Origin: a virus
Lineage: Duplodnaviria > Heunggongvirae > Uroviricota > Caudoviricetes
Direction: 5' to 3' (one strand)
Virus record (IMG/VR): IMGVR_UViG_2602041671_000010
DNA: 12,969 nt
How positions within the stretch are numbered: position 1 is the first letter of the stretch; the number at the start of each line of letters is the position of its first letter. The notes under the pieces are model-generated. The model worked only from the letters and a program-made list of their open reading frames with translations, made no database searches and was not told the DNA's origin. Positions 1 to 8,017 of this stretch are shown one piece after another. Made by a program: the position numbers and the translations under genes.

Positions 1-463
1 ATGTCGATATGGGGATTCCCATATCGGGAACCCTACCGGATTTTTTTCCGGTTAACAGTTAATCAGGCTGGTGGGCTTTACATACCCTTGATCACCGTAA
101 TGATGATCCAGATGTGCACCTTTTCCACCAATGGCGGAAAAGCTCCAACCGTAACGATGATCGCTATGGTTGCCTCGATGGTCTGCGTGGTCATTATGAC
201 CATTCAGCCAGTGACCTTAATCAGAATTTTTCGCTAAAAAATGACGTTGGCCACGTCATCCGGAAAGCACAAAATCACGTCGATTTTTAATGAACGGTTA
301 AACCGTCTTTTTGTCACGGTGTGTCACTGGTTGTCACTCTCCGTCACGATTGAGGTGGTGGTCATTCTGCCCGACCGCGCATTTTTGCGCTATCGGGAAT
401 ATAAAACAGTTACCGCCGTCATTCAGCCAGCGCAATTTTGAGCTTTGCTTTAATCTCAGTGAG

Positions 464-745
464 TTACCGCCGTAACCGCTCCGGCTTCTTCCAGTGGTAC
501 GTGATTTTCTCCTTCTCCCGATACATCTCCACGCGGCGACGGTATGCCAGCAACTCAAGGACTCTGGTTCGTATGTTGCGCATATCCACGCCGTTAAGCT
601 CAATACCATCACGGCGCATCACCTCAGCAACCACACGCGCATAATTTTCGGCGGTCACGCTGTCCGGCTGCGTGGCCTGTTCGTCAGCCTGCTGGCTGAT
701 TCCGGCAACGCGACGGATTAATCGCAGTAGTTCGGCTTCTGTCAT
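464..745 (-). CDS. hypothetical protein (93 aa) immediately downstream of terL
   Basis: ORF in track; ATG at 745 preceded by GAGGT Shine-Dalgarno about 7 nt upstream; 13 nt after the TerL stop; no recognisable motifs. Confidence 0.5.
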   Translation of the reverse strand: MTEAELLRLIRRVAGISQQADEQATQPDSVTAENYARVVAEVMRRDGIELNGVDMRNIRTRVLELLAYRRRVEMYREKEKITYHWKKPERLRR

Positions 746-758
746 GCTGCTGACCTCA

Positions 759-2420
759 TTACACCCCGCTAAATTCTTCCAGTTTCTGGCGGTGGCTGTC
801 GCTTATATCAAAAGCAAAATCCTCATGCTCTGCCTGGAATGTACCAAACGCCATCAGCGCCGCCACGCTCGGGTCTATCTTGTTCGGTGATTTTTTCTTG
901 TTCGGCTTGATATTGGCGTTCGCGTCACTCTGCATCACGACGTTACTCATCGACCAGGACAACACCGGATCGCCACGATGCACAATCACCCTGCGGTTAA
1001 CAAAAACTTCGAACGATTTCGCCGCCGGACTGAATCTGAGGTAGGTTTGCGGGAACGGCTCCACCTCAAAACCAGCCCCCTGTAATTGCGTCCTGAGATG
1101 CGTGGCGTTCCACGTATCAAAGCCCACCAGCCTGATATTAAATTTCTCCGCATCCTGCATGATGTCATCTCTGATCCGGTCGTAATCAATGCAGTCACCT
1201 GGCGTTGTGCGTATCCAGCCCGCTTTAGCCCACTGGCGATAGACAGCGCGGTTTTTATTGGCGGGGTTCTGTAGCTGGAACTCCGGCAGATAATGACGGG
1301 AAACCAGCATGATATTTTTACCGACCGGAAAGGCATAGCACACGCTGGAAATATCGCTGGTTGATGATAAGTCCAGCCCCGCGTAACACTCCTGCCCGTG
1401 TAAATCTTCCTCCGTGAACGTTCCGGCACACTCAGCCCATGCGCCGTTACCCATCCACGGGGTAGCCCCCTGGCACCAGATATTAAATCGCTTTGTCATC
1501 ATCTCCACCCATTGCGACGGAATACCCCGCGCTTTCTGGATGGTTGAGGCCAGTTTTTCACGATCCACGGAAACATCGATGTTAGGGTTAGCCTTTATCC
1601 ACATCGCCGGATCATCAACCTCGTTTTCGTCGTCCAGCTCGTAAATCAGCACAAAAATTGAATCGTTGACCTCTTCGCCGTCCAGGATCTGGCAGCAATA
1701 ATCATAGTGCTGTTTACAGGTTGAAACGACGTTACTGCCCGATGTGGTAATGGCAAATAACAGCCCTTCGGGACGTGCGCCCATCCCCAGCTCAAGCGCG
1801 GAATAAACGCCGTTATCGGGGTGTAGGTGGTATTCGTCCACGATGGAAAGGCTTGGGTTTGTGCCCTCGATGGTTGCCGCTTTTGCTGCCAGCGGCTTTA
1901 ACAGGCTGTTGCTTTTCGGGTGCATCACCTTGTGGGCCTGAATATTCACCCGCCTGCGTAACGGTCGGGATAAAAGGCACATCTGACGCGCATCATCAAA
2001 AACGATCCGCGCCTGGTCACGGCTCACCGCTGCGGTGTAAATATCCTGCTGCCCGTTCTCCATAATCAGAAACCAGTTAGCCAGAATCGCGGCGGTCGTG
2101 GATTTCGCATTTTTGCGCGGCACTTCGATAAAGGCGCTCGTGTATTTGCGCCGTCCGGTGGCCTTAACCTTAAAGCCGAGGATGCACGCAAAGGCGAACT
2201 GCTGCCACGGCTCCAGCTCAATGGGTCTGCCACGCATCGGCCCTTTTACGTGCAGGCACACCCTGGAAAAGGCAATAAACCGCTCCACAACCTCACGATC
2301 GAACGTGTAAAGGGGGCTTTCAAGGTCCGAAAAGTACCGTTTAACGGCCTGTTTCAGCCGTTTACAGGCCGGAATTTTGCCCGTTTTTACGTCTTCTGCG
2401 TACTTATTCCAGGCGGTCAA
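759..2420 (-). CDS. terL: terminase large subunit (553 aa)
   Basis: Long ORF of typical TerL size; P-loop-like segment VPRKNAKSTTAA near the N-terminus and acidic C-terminal half consistent with ATPase plus nuclease domains; start overlaps the TerS 3' end by 17 nt as in coupled terminase genes. Confidence 0.88.
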   Translation of the reverse strand: MTAWNKYAEDVKTGKIPACKRLKQAVKRYFSDLESPLYTFDREVVERFIAFSRVCLHVKGPMRGRPIELEPWQQFAFACILGFKVKATGRRKYTSAFIEVPRKNAKSTTAAILANWFLIMENGQQDIYTAAVSRDQARIVFDDARQMCLLSRPLRRRVNIQAHKVMHPKSNSLLKPLAAKAATIEGTNPSLSIVDEYHLHPDNGVYSALELGMGARPEGLLFAITTSGSNVVSTCKQHYDYCCQILDGEEVNDSIFVLIYELDDENEVDDPAMWIKANPNIDVSVDREKLASTIQKARGIPSQWVEMMTKRFNIWCQGATPWMGNGAWAECAGTFTEEDLHGQECYAGLDLSSTSDISSVCYAFPVGKNIMLVSRHYLPEFQLQNPANKNRAVYRQWAKAGWIRTTPGDCIDYDRIRDDIMQDAEKFNIRLVGFDTWNATHLRTQLQGAGFEVEPFPQTYLRFSPAAKSFEVFVNRRVIVHRGDPVLSWSMSNVVMQSDANANIKPNKKKSPNKIDPSVAALMAFGTFQAEHEDFAFDISDSHRQKLEEFSGV

Positions 2421-2760
2421 GCTCGTCCTCTTCTTCTGTTTCCGGTGGATTTTTACGGCGGCTTATCGGGTCAAAACCGAGCAAGGAGGCCATTTTTATC
2501 ATCACTCTTTCAGCGTCGGATTTTGCGCTTAATGCGGGGTTTCTGCTCTCGCCGCCCTGACTGTTAACAATGCTGAACCCGCGCGCCGCAAGGTCTGCAA
2601 CGGCTTTCCGGTAAATGGAGTAGTTGACACAATACAGTTCCAGATTGCTCCAGTCGGCGGGGGTCAGGTCTCCCCGTTCCGCAAGCTGCCGCGATTTTTC
2701 CCGCCACTGCTTCACGGCGATGTCATCCAGGTAGGCGGGGGCTTTCGGTGGTCTTGCCAT
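2404..2760 (-). CDS. terS: terminase small subunit, P27-like family (118 aa from ATG 2760; ORF track extends to 2805)
   Basis: N-terminus MARPPKAPAYL resembles the GRPPKP-type start I recall for P27-family TerS; lies directly upstream of and overlapping terL; neither candidate start has a clear SD, so the start is uncertain. Confidence 0.72.
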   Translation of the reverse strand: MARPPKAPAYLDDIAVKQWREKSRQLAERGDLTPADWSNLELYCVNYSIYRKAVADLAARGFSIVNSQGGESRNPALSAKSDAERVMIKMASLLGFDPISRRKNPPETEEEDELDRLE

Positions 2761-2884
2761 GCTTATTTTTTTCGCCAGATTATTTTTCAAAAAATTCCCG
2801 TGCATAAAAATTTGAGGAGGCGTTCGGTGCCCGGCGGGGTCGGGTTTGTCCTGAAAACGCCCCCCACCCCGTCATACAGCCTCA

Positions 2885-3067
2885 TCAGCGATTGCGGAAA
2901 CATTCCATAACCTCGCGGTCACGGTCGGTTAATCGCTTCGCTGTGATGCGTTCTGCGCGTCCTGACGCTTTATCTTTATGCCCTGTTTCCTGTGTCTTCC
3001 ATGCGTCACGCTGCCTTATAAGTCCACGGATAAGGCGGTTTTGTTCCCGCTCATTCATCAGCGTCAT
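2885..3067 (-). CDS. small basic hypothetical protein (60 aa) between HNH and terS; may not be real
   Basis: ATG at 3067 in the frame of track ORF 2885..3289; highly charged helical-looking sequence; weak RBS; sits in a 245-bp HNH-terS gap that may instead hold a cos site. Confidence 0.3.
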   Translation of the reverse strand: MTLMNEREQNRLIRGLIRQRDAWKTQETGHKDKASGRAERITAKRLTDRDREVMECFRNR

Positions 3068-3491
3068 ACATCCAGTTATTGCGGTTAGCGGCCCGTTCTT
3101 CCTCTTCACGAAATCCACCTGCGGCACGCTTGCTTTTTGTTGCCGGATCAAGCCATTTCGTTTTCTGGTTATGACACGCCTGGCACAATGGTTGATGGTT
3201 CCATTCGGGCCAGAAGAGAACATCATCACCGCCATTAATCGGGATAATGTGATCCACCACCACGGCGGGCGTATATATCCCCTTCTCAAGGCATCGCACG
3301 CATAACGGGTTTTTACTCAGATACATGGCGCGGTATTTGTCCCACTGTCTGGAATATCCACGCGCGCGGCGGTGTCCTCGTCTGGCATCCTCTGCACGCC
3401 ATGCCGCCCGCCTGTGCTCCTCACACTTGCCGGATTTAACGCGCCTGTTACAGCCTGGTTCTGTGCATCGTCTTAATGGTTGCCACGGCAT
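3051..3491 (-). CDS. HNH endonuclease (146 aa), terminase-associated
   Basis: Cys pairs and catalytic-type motif: CNRRV...C, CVRC, VDHIIPINGG, QPLCQACHNQK; located immediately upstream of terS-terL as in HK97-like cos phages; start overlaps the stop of the upstream connector gene. Confidence 0.88.
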   Translation of the reverse strand: MPWQPLRRCTEPGCNRRVKSGKCEEHRRAAWRAEDARRGHRRARGYSRQWDKYRAMYLSKNPLCVRCLEKGIYTPAVVVDHIIPINGGDDVLFWPEWNHQPLCQACHNQKTKWLDPATKSKRAAGGFREEEERAANRNNWMYDADE

Positions 3492-3787
3492 CAGTACACC
3501 CCCACATCACGGTAAGCCGTCCAGAGTGCGCCAATCGTCATGGGTACGCGTGTTTTTGCGTTATCCGCGACAATCTGGCGATTCTCATACAGGTGAGCGA
3601 TAAACATCATGCAGCCAATCTTTATGGCTGGCGTGAACTCCAGCCCGTCATCAAAGCGCCTGCCTATGTGTATCTGGCACGCCTCAAGCGATGCGGCAAT
3701 GTATCCGCTGATTAACTGGTCTTCCTCGTCTCCATCGATACGGCAATGGAGTTTCACTTCTTCCAGGGTGATAAGTTCTTCTGTCAT
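3491..3787 (-). CDS. head-tail connector protein, gp6-like (98 aa)
   Basis: Size, position between head closure gene and HNH, and overall sequence character typical of phage gp6-like connector proteins; assignment by recognition, not search. Confidence 0.65.
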   Translation of the reverse strand: MTEELITLEEVKLHCRIDGDEEDQLISGYIAASLEACQIHIGRRFDDGLEFTPAIKIGCMMFIAHLYENRQIVADNAKTRVPMTIGALWTAYRDVGVY

Positions 3788-4122
3788 TTTTCCGCGCCCT
3801 CACGACAAAGAATTTCAAGGCGTGTCCTGGCGACATCCGGCAACGGCTGCCCGATGATATTCAGTACACGCCCCGCCAGCGGCCCCGTACTGACCTTTAT
3901 CCGGCTGGTGGCGTTGATGTCCTTCCGGTACCGTATCCAGATCCTTACGGTACCAATCGCCAGCTCTGCGCCCGATGAAATGGCCTCCTTGCTGCTGATC
4001 ATGTTCACGCTTGCCCAGAGTGTGTGACCGTCCTCCCACGTTTCGAGTATTTCGCCCGTCATGGCTCTGGTCTGTTTCAGGGTCTGAATCGTTATCCTGT
4101 CACGCAGTCGCCCTATGTTCAT
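3784..4122 (-). CDS. head closure / head-tail joining protein (about 112 aa; likely start ATG 4122, track ORF extends to 4164)
   Basis: MNIGRLRDRITIQ N-terminus is typical of head-tail joining family proteins; ATG 4120-4122 overlaps the portal stop (ATGA-type overlap), whereas the track start would overlap portal by 46 nt. Confidence 0.68.
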   Translation of the reverse strand: MNIGRLRDRITIQTLKQTRAMTGEILETWEDGHTLWASVNMISSKEAISSGAELAIGTVRIWIRYRKDINATSRIKVSTGPLAGRVLNIIGQPLPDVARTRLEILCREGAEK

Positions 4123-5330
4123 TCCGGTTTTTCTCCCTCGCTGATTTTTACTTCCTGTTTCCATGCCTGACTGAACTCATCACCACCATCACGCGGTGAC
4201 AGTCCTTCACGTTCGCGGGCTTCGTTCGGGCACATAACGCCGGATTTGATGCCGCGCTCATAGGTGGCAAAGCGTTCGCCAGGTGTGGCCCGTAACAGGT
4301 CCGCGCTGTCAAACTCCACCTGATACCGGATACCAGGTACAGGCGAGGCCACCAGCAGGGCGTTTTTTATCTGCTGCTCAAAGTTCGCCAGCCACGGGCG
4401 CATCGTCATGGTGAGAAATGCGCGGCTTGCCTCGCTGAAATTGCTGTAGGTGCTGTTGCTGTATTCCTGCAAAAAAATCGGCGAGACGTTGAACATTCGG
4501 GCGATGTCTTCAATGGTAAAGCGACGGGAGGCCAGCCATTCAGCATCCTGATTACTCATGCCCAGCTGCTGATAGCTCATCCCCCCTTCAAGGATGGGCG
4601 TTTTTCCGGCGTTTCTGGCCCCTTTGTAGCGTTCCAGTGCGGCTAATGCCTGTTTGCCCTTCACGCCGTCCAGCCATTCGCCTGACGTGATAACCCCTGC
4701 CGCCATCATGCCATCACGCATCACGCTCGCGCCGTGGCGTTGTTGGGCCAGCCCAAGCCCCAGCGATTCGCGGCAGATGGTTACAGGTGAGCGCCCCATA
4801 AAGCCGTCATCCGTGGAGTAACGAAGGTGAAGTACTTCCCATGGTAAATAGTTGTGGGTGTTTCCGGTGTAGGCGTCAGTGATGCAATAGCGCCAGTTGT
4901 GTTCGCCTGTCTGCTCCACGTTCACCGACTGCGGCGGGTAAGGATGTAAAGCCGCCGGAAAACCATCACGCCCCCACTGAATAACCGCATAAGCATTACC
5001 GTTTAACAGGCAGTGGCGGATCATCATTCGCTTAAACTGGTAGGGAGTCTGCCACGCGTTCGGGCGCTCGTTGAGGATGTGATCGACCGGATGAGAATCA
5101 AGCCACTCGCGGGCCTCCTTCCCCTTCTCATTGCGTACCAGGTACAGGTAACACGGCATAGTAGCCACCGCCTCAGAGATGACCGTGACGGCGTTCATGA
5201 CGGCGGGCAGTGATTCCGCTGTCCCCGATGATACGTACTCACCCGCCCCCGTGTTCGATGTGCCAGCCAGCGCCATAAATTCATCAAGCGTCATGCTGCG
5301 CTGCTCTTTTTTTCTTCTGAAAGGCCACAT
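4119..5330 (-). CDS. portal protein, HK97-like family (403 aa)
   Basis: Size and position between prohead protease and head closure genes; sequence has the overall character of HK97-family portal proteins. Confidence 0.85.
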   Translation of the reverse strand: MWPFRRKKEQRSMTLDEFMALAGTSNTGAGEYVSSGTAESLPAVMNAVTVISEAVATMPCYLYLVRNEKGKEAREWLDSHPVDHILNERPNAWQTPYQFKRMMIRHCLLNGNAYAVIQWGRDGFPAALHPYPPQSVNVEQTGEHNWRYCITDAYTGNTHNYLPWEVLHLRYSTDDGFMGRSPVTICRESLGLGLAQQRHGASVMRDGMMAAGVITSGEWLDGVKGKQALAALERYKGARNAGKTPILEGGMSYQQLGMSNQDAEWLASRRFTIEDIARMFNVSPIFLQEYSNSTYSNFSEASRAFLTMTMRPWLANFEQQIKNALLVASPVPGIRYQVEFDSADLLRATPGERFATYERGIKSGVMCPNEAREREGLSPRDGGDEFSQAWKQEVKISEGEKPE

Positions 5331-5331
5331 A

Positions 5332-5904
5332 TCACACCCCCGCTAAATCCACCCACCAGCGGCGATTATCCGCACGCGGCATTTTTTCGGGGTGCTGCTC
5401 ATACAGGGAACGGCGGGCCAGCTCCACGCCGGAATCAGGGTAAGCCGGAACGGATGTAACGGTAATTTCGTACAGTTCCGCCACCAGCACGGTGCGCACG
5501 CATGGTTCTGTTGTGGTATCCCATACATCCTTACGGGAACGAAAGCCAAAGCTCATGCCGGATATATCACCACGTTTAACCAGTTCGATAACGTCCCGCC
5601 CTGTGCTGGTATCCGGTGGGGTCAGTTCAAAGCGTAACCCTGTTTCGTCCTCTTCCAGTTTCAGCGTGCCGGAACGGGTACGCCCCAGTAACATGCTGTG
5701 GTCATGCTCATACAGGCCGCGAACGTCATTACCCGCTGCAAGCCATTCAGTAAACGCTCCCCGCTGGAATTTTTCGTAAAACTCACCCCATAACAGTTCT
5801 GAAAGCTTATCCCAGCGAACAACGTAGCCCGTCAGCGTACCGGCTCCGCTGGTGGTGATTTCCGATGACCGGATTTCCATACTCTTCATAATTTTTTCAC
5901 CCAT
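5332..5904 (-). CDS. prohead maturation protease, HK97 family (about 185-190 aa; start 5904 or 5889)
   Basis: Small protein between capsid and portal genes, 2 nt before the portal ATG; size and position match the HK97 prohead protease; ATG 5889 has a better SD (GGTGA) than 5904. Confidence 0.82.
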   Translation of the reverse strand: MGEKIMKSMEIRSSEITTSGAGTLTGYVVRWDKLSELLWGEFYEKFQRGAFTEWLAAGNDVRGLYEHDHSMLLGRTRSGTLKLEEDETGLRFELTPPDTSTGRDVIELVKRGDISGMSFGFRSRKDVWDTTTEPCVRTVLVAELYEITVTSVPAYPDSGVELARRSLYEQHPEKMPRADNRRWWVDLAGV

Positions 5905-5933
5905 AAAACACTAAAGGGGCTTTTAAGCCCCTT
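5905..5933 (-). terminator. stem-loop between capsid and protease genes (GGGGC/GCCCC) with a U-rich tail; likely partial terminator or stabiliser
   Basis: Inverted repeat GGGGCTT/AAGCCCC at 5916-5931; on the minus-strand RNA it is followed by UUUAGUGUUUUAU. Confidence 0.5.
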
Positions 5934-5943
5934 CTGTATGCTG

Positions 5944-7100
5944 TTAATCGTCGTCCTGTGGCAGTTCCAGAATCTTGATCGCGTTCGAATCCACCACGCC
6001 ACCGCCTAAATATTTCTGCGTGAAAATTTTGATGAAGCCCGGCTCTGTGAGGTTGTCCGGTCTGGTGCGAACACCTGTTTCGTGATCAACAATGTAGTAA
6101 CCGCGCTTGAAGTCACCCAGGGCAATAACGTTATCAGGCATAAACTCCAGATATTCGACCGGAAGGCCCAGCAACGTATCAGGATCACCCGCCTGTAAAC
6201 GGTCGCGCCAGATGTAATCACCGTTCGCGTTCTTCACCTTCTGAAGTTTTGCCGCCGTCGTGGAGTTAACCACCCAGACCGCGTTTTTGCGGTATTTTTT
6301 ACGTAATGCAAATTTCAGGTCGATCAGCGGGTCCGCAGATGTCCACGCCAGAGATTCGGAAGGTTTAATTACCTGCAACGTACCAAAATCACGCTCTTTG
6401 TCGTTCTTCTCTGCACGGGGTACGGATAAAAAGCCTTTTGCTTTTTTGTCACCGTCGCCCACAACCAGATCGCTTTCTTCGGTTTCCGTGAAGGTGTCGC
6501 CAATCTCACCCGTCAGCCATGAAAGGATGTCCACATCGGAAAAATCCACGATTTCCTGTGTGGTGCGCGGGTACGCATAGACCGGATACAGCTTAATGCT
6601 CACCTCGTTAATCTGCGGGGTGCTGGTCTGTTCGCGTGCCTTACCCTCTTCACCGTGGTTAACGGTCGCACCGCCAGCGGAAACAAGCTGCTTAAACTCG
6701 TTGCTGCTGATTTTTTCACGGTACAGATGCGGCGCATGGTGGACTCATCCACCAGCATTCGCATGATTTCGGTGTTCAGTTCGGGGATAACGGTATAACC
6801 ACCATCAGCGGGAACGCCTGTACTTAATGCGCGGGTTTCACCTGTCAGAATGTAGCTGCGTAGTTCTGCGGGGTCAGTGGTCTGGCTGCTTTTACCTGGC
6901 TTGCTGCGCTCTTCGTCTGCAATGGCTTCAAGGCGGGAAATGTCTTTATCGAGGGATTCAGCTTTAGCGCGTAATTCGTCAAATTTTGCGCCCTCAGCAT
7001 CGTTAAGACTGCGGTTTTCTTTTTCCGCGTTCTCCAGCATGTCGCGCATCTGATTTTTAATGGCGGTTTTCTGCTGGCGTAATTCGATTATTCTCGGCAT
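5944..7100 (-). CDS. major capsid protein, HK97 fold, interrupted by a 1-nt frameshift in an A6 run (6711-6716); N-terminal coiled-coil delta domain
   Basis: N part (track ORF 6600..7145 from ATG 7100): coiled-coil then GETRALSTGVPADGGYTVIPELNTEIMRMLVDESTMRRICTV. C part (track ORF 5944..6603): my own translation of the same frame upstream of 6603 gives ISSNEFKQLVSAGGATVNHGEEG, continuing into LYPVYAYP...VVGDGDKKAKGFL, matching HK97-family conserved blocks. The two parts join if the run were A7. Confidence 0.8.
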
Positions 7101-7140
7101 AAAAAAAAGTCCTGGGGTTAAGTAAGGAACTCCAGGACGC
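7101..7140 (-). terminator. intrinsic terminator abutting the major capsid ATG
   Basis: Minus-strand RNA GCGUCCUGGAG-loop-CCCCAGGAC followed by U8, then AUG directly. Confidence 0.65.
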
Positions 7141-7321
7141 GGCAAAAACTCAACCGTTTTTCATAAGGGAATCAGCAATCGCACCGATCGTTTTCCCGCC
7201 TGGTAATGAATATTGGCGAGCACATTAACAGGCGGGAAAGTGGCCCCAGCGTCCTGGCACCACGGGCGAGAATAATCATGATTCAGTTCGGGTAAAATAT
7301 GCCGATCCGCTCAGTGAACAA
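7141..7321 (-). promoter_or_regulatory. candidate late promoter (-35 TTGTTC, 16-nt spacer, -10 TATTTT at 7294-7321) and roughly 185-nt structured leader
   Basis: Promoter-like hexamers read on the minus strand; leader contains an 11-bp stem (UUUCCCGCCUG/CAGGCGGGAAA) and a CCAGGACGC element complementary to the terminator 5' arm. Confidence 0.4.
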
Positions 7322-7360
7322 CGTGGAACAACCACGAACAAATAATTTACAAAAAATAAC

Positions 7361-7383
7361 AAAAAGCCGGATTGCTCCGGCTG
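7361..7383 (-). terminator. intrinsic terminator (GCCGGA-TTGC-TCCGGC plus U-run on the minus strand)
   Basis: Perfect 6-bp GC-rich stem with tetraloop; A5 on the plus strand equals a U-run 3' of the hairpin on the minus-strand RNA; downstream of ORF 7393..7617. Confidence 0.7.
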
Positions 7384-7392
7384 TATGGGTGC

Positions 7393-7617
7393 TCAGTCCC
7401 TGATCCCTTTCAGAAATTCTATCAATGCATCTGTCTGTTCAGGATTTACCGCCAGCATTTCACCGGATAGCGCGCAACGAACAAAACCATGATGATCCTT
7501 TTCAATCAGCGCCCCCGTTTCCAGGAATGCTCGGTAATCAGTGATGTTCATCGTCTCCATGTTGTCAGCATGGTATTTATCACGCTGTTTTAATATCTCA
7601 TCAAATTTCGTCGGCAT
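7393..7617 (-). CDS. hypothetical small protein (74 aa) in a terminator-insulated monocistronic unit
   Basis: ATG 7617 preceded by AGAGGA SD about 7 nt upstream; flanked on both sides by near-identical intrinsic terminators; no recognisable motifs. Confidence 0.6.
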   Translation of the reverse strand: MPTKFDEILKQRDKYHADNMETMNITDYRAFLETGALIEKDHHGFVRCALSGEMLAVNPEQTDALIEFLKGIRD

Positions 7618-7712
7618 TGTTTTTTCCTCTGTTGTGTCTGTTTGTTTCAGATAGTAACTATGCCGGACCGTGACGAAAAGCCAGTAGTGCGCCATACCAT
7701 TTCAAATGACGC

Positions 7713-7736
7713 AAAAAAAGCCGGATTGCTCCGGCT
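7713..7736 (-). terminator. intrinsic terminator, near-identical copy of the 7361..7383 hairpin
   Basis: AGCCGGA-TTGC-TCCGGCT with A7 on the plus strand (U7 tail on the minus RNA); downstream of ORF 7759..8007. Confidence 0.7.
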
Positions 7737-7758
7737 GCGTGGTGTGGTTCTGATATTC

Positions 7759-8007
7759 CTACTCAGCTAATTTGCTCAGCCCCATGTCTGCATAAGTGCG
7801 ATTTACTGCATTTCTCAGGTCTGCGTAGTTCTCCGTTGGCGGCTCCGGTGGCCTCTGTGCCTTCCTGGAACATTCCAGCCGTCGCATCGTAACCTGATGC
7901 CGTTCCTTGTCTGTCTCCACCAGTTGCATGACTTCACCCCATCGCGCCGACGCCCTCCGGTAAAAGCCTTTTGCCTCGAGTTCCTCCGCTATGCGGTCAT
8001 GTACCAT
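7759..8007 (-). CDS. hypothetical protein (82 aa from ATG 8007; track ORF extends to 8127)
   Basis: ATG 8007 has a GAGGGGG SD at good spacing and avoids overlap with ssb; upstream starts overlap ssb; followed by an intrinsic terminator. Confidence 0.5.
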   Translation of the reverse strand: MVHDRIAEELEAKGFYRRASARWGEVMQLVETDKERHQVTMRRLECSRKAQRPPEPPTENYADLRNAVNRTYADMGLSKLAE

Positions 8008-8017
8008 CGTCACCCCC

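Noticed and set aside
1-441. Plus-strand ORFs 1..237 and 241..441 as genes
   Set aside because: Translations are low-complexity and hydrophobic (Ile/Val/Met/Thr-rich) with no RBS, and the region is dense in repeats; more likely non-coding.
986-2310. Several plus- and minus-strand ORFs (986..1429, 1086..1274, 1414..1644, 1775..2065, 2098..2310) inside the TerL region
   Set aside because: All lie inside or antisense to the long, well-supported TerL reading frame and have Arg/Ser/Pro-rich low-complexity translations typical of off-frame reading.
2892-3305. Plus-strand 137-aa ORF overlapping HNH and the HNH-terS gap
   Set aside because: Antisense to the HNH gene, Cys/Arg/Ser-rich and without a convincing start context.
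5944-7145. Treating the two capsid pieces as separate scaffold and capsid genes
   Set aside because: The second piece begins at GTG with no RBS, and its frame upstream of 6603 (my translation) still encodes capsid-like sequence; the conserved capsid blocks span the junction, so a single frameshifted gene is the better reading.
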